The notes under the pieces: model-generated
What the model was told of the DNA's origin: nothing
Databases searched by the model: none
What the model saw: only the letters and a program-made list of their open reading frames with translations
Assembly: GCA_015523295.1 (NCBI GenBank)
Contig: WAKQ01000011.1
Location: 934 to 64,933, forward strand
DNA from: Desulfurococcales archaeon
GTDB taxonomy: Archaea; Thermoproteota; Thermoprotei_A; Sulfolobales; NBVN01
Length of the DNA stretch: 64,000 nucleotides
Direction of reading: 5' to 3'
Program-made: the position numbers and the translations under genes
In this document: positions 62,657 through 64,000 of the stretch, piece by piece
Position numbering within the stretch: position 1 is the first letter of the stretch
How the letters are laid out: each line of letters opens with the position of its first letter

Positions 62657-64000
62657 TTAGGAGGTCCCCTTGACCTTATAAACGGAGACTACCACATATG
62701 TTTCAGGACTTACTAAGATCCTGCTTGCAGCTAGATGTGCAGGTTCGAATATGGTCATATTCGGCCATGGAATGATCGTAGGGCGTTGTTGGCTGAAGGG
62801 ATCGTAAGGGAATGCAGCATAGAAGCCCTGTCTCCCCCATATCTGATAAGCCGTGTAGAGCAGGATCTTGAATAGAGTTGCATTTCTCAGGGACGAGTTA
62901 GTCCAGTCAGGTAAGCTATACGCTGCATATACATACGGAAGTCTCATCTGGTATACGGGCGGGGTTCTTCCGGCTATTCTGTATATTGCGGCTATCCCTT
63001 TCGCGGCATCGGCACCTAGGTAGAAGCCTCTATCATAAGGACTTGTTCTTATAACTATCGGTCCCACATATACTAGACCGTTCCTTGGATCCACCACATA
63101 TACCTCATAAGCGATCAGGTACAGCTTATCTGGCTTTATGTGAAAGTCCTTAGTGAATATTTGAAATGCCTCATCCTCAGTTCCTGTGAGGGCACGTGCA
63201 AGGAGGTCTATTTGAGTAGAGTTAATAGTAGCCCCATCAGCAACGGACGATCTATTACCCACAACAGAGATCCAGTAACCGTAGTCCCACCAAGCCACCG
63301 CTACTGCGTCCTTTGGCGTCGAGGTATTGAGCCATTCAAGTGTATCTAGCCATGCGGGAGCTTCAACAGAGATGCCGAGGCCAGCATTAAGGATCATGGG
63401 TGTCTGGGCCTCATAGGTTCTCGCCCATGCCGTAGATCCTTGGAAAACTATAGCACCCACATACCCGACCACTATGATTATCGCAAGCGCATTTATGAAC
63501 CAGTTCTTCCTGAAGTTACCGGTAAGGGAGGGTTGAAGGAGAACATAGATAAAGCTTCCAGATGTTAAAGCCACTAGGTAGTTCATGTAGGGGAAGAAGT
63601 AGGAGAGATTAGCTGTCGCGTAAAGGGAGAGAGCAAGAAGTAACGCCACAAACGCGTAAAGGGACTCCCTCTTGGAAATAGCCCTGTAAATGAAGTAGAC
63701 AAGCATGATGAGAGATGCCACAAGCGCCGCCCCTTCAGAACTCATGAAAGCTTGAGGAGATCCAGGTGCGTATTCCTGTACTGTGTGAACAATTACATGT
63801 CTAACGAGTCCAGTTAGTCCCATAGCAGCTAGACCTTTACCAGTTAAGGAAATATAACCTGATGCCAGTGCAGCTATACCTCCGATGCCTATCAAAACGA
63901 GTATTAGACTATAAATTATAGAGGACCTCCTTAACAGGGGCATTGAGATTACTATCTCTCTTTTAGTTGAGATTCTCTGAAGGTAATATCCGATCCCTGC
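62657..64000 (-). CDS. aglB: Oligosaccharyltransferase AglB (STT3 family), 5'-truncated by the window edge
   Basis: The WWDYGYWI catalytic-site motif is present. The reading frame stays open upstream of ATG 63943 to the window end (…AGIGYYLQRISTKREIVIS-M), so the gene starts beyond 64000. Confidence 0.85.
   Translation of the reverse strand, partial: AGIGYYLQRISTKREIVISMPLLRRSSIIYSLILVLIGIGGIAALASGYISLTGKGLAAMGLTGLVRHVIVHTVQEYAPGSPQAFMSSEGAALVASLIMLVYFIYRAISKRESLYAFVALLLALSLYATANLSYFFPYMNYLVALTSGSFIYVLLQPSLTGNFRKNWFINALAIIIVVGYVGAIVFQGSTAWARTYEAQTPMILNAGLGISVEAPAWLDTLEWLNTSTPKDAVAVAWWDYGYWISVVGNRSSVADGATINSTQIDLLARALTGTEDEAFQIFTKDFHIKPDKLYLIAYEVYVVDPRNGLVYVGPIVIRTSPYDRGFYLGADAAKGIAAIYRIAGRTPPVYQMRLPYVYAAYSLPDWTNSSLRNATLFKILLYTAYQIWGRQGFYAAFPYDPFSQQRPTIIPWPNMTIFEPAHLAASRILVSPETYVVVSVYKVKGTS

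Overview
This 64-kb window looks like a hyperthermophilic crenarchaeon, probably Thermoproteales (Vulcanisaeta/Caldivirga-like). By eye, protein-coding DNA is about 40-47% G+C, while the stable RNAs are about 65-70%. No database search was possible: all functional calls rest on motifs read in the supplied translations, conserved archaeal gene order, and memory of the families named.

Layout:
- 1-1500: the window opens inside an intron of the 23S rRNA gene. The intron carries a single-motif LAGLIDADG homing endonuclease. The 3' exon of 23S runs to about 1500.
- 1.6-35 kb: a dense, largely housekeeping stretch rich in translation and RNA-processing genes. It includes NIP7/NOP2, RtcA, the aIF2-gamma-PIN-Rpo7-Spt4-S24e-S27ae string, KEOPS Kae1/Bud32/Pcc1-like, S15, S3Ae, L15e with RNase P subunits Rpp30/Pop5, S6e, proteasome beta with aCPSF1, LSm with L37e, and Orc1/Cdc6. 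Metabolic modules include methylmalonyl-CoA mutase/epimerase, G1P dehydrogenase and PIMT.
- 35-53 kb: MTAP, TBP, a five-gene Opp/Dpp-type ABC transporter, the archaeal HMG-CoA synthase/thiolase/DUF35 trio, and an aminotransferase.
- 53.1-59.6 kb: a patchily AT-rich block of uncharacterised genes. It holds a degenerate MDR-like protein, two helical proteins, a B12-type radical SAM enzyme, and a divergent regulator module (HTH+Zn-finger facing RHH, C2H2 and a degenerate FAD/NAD-fold protein).
- 59.6-64 kb: Hsp20, ZPR1, a DedA-like protein, an amidohydrolase and a 5'-truncated AglB.

Two tRNAs with encoded CCA were found: Ala-GGC and Leu-GAG.

Features absent from the ORF track:
- four C/D-box sRNA candidates, one of them textbook-quality and overlapping the called start of a NOP2/Sun methyltransferase gene;
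- the S27ae gene, which uses a TTG start;
- a 49-aa, 8-Cys micro-ORF;
- a 121-bp perfect direct repeat forming the 3' ends of the two ABC ATPase genes;
- 21-bp tandem (heptad) repeats in a 987-aa substrate-binding protein;
- a 22-bp perfect palindrome.

I found no CRISPR array, transposase, integrase or recognisable defence system. The best candidate for something undescribed is the 53-59.6 kb block, and support for that is only moderate.
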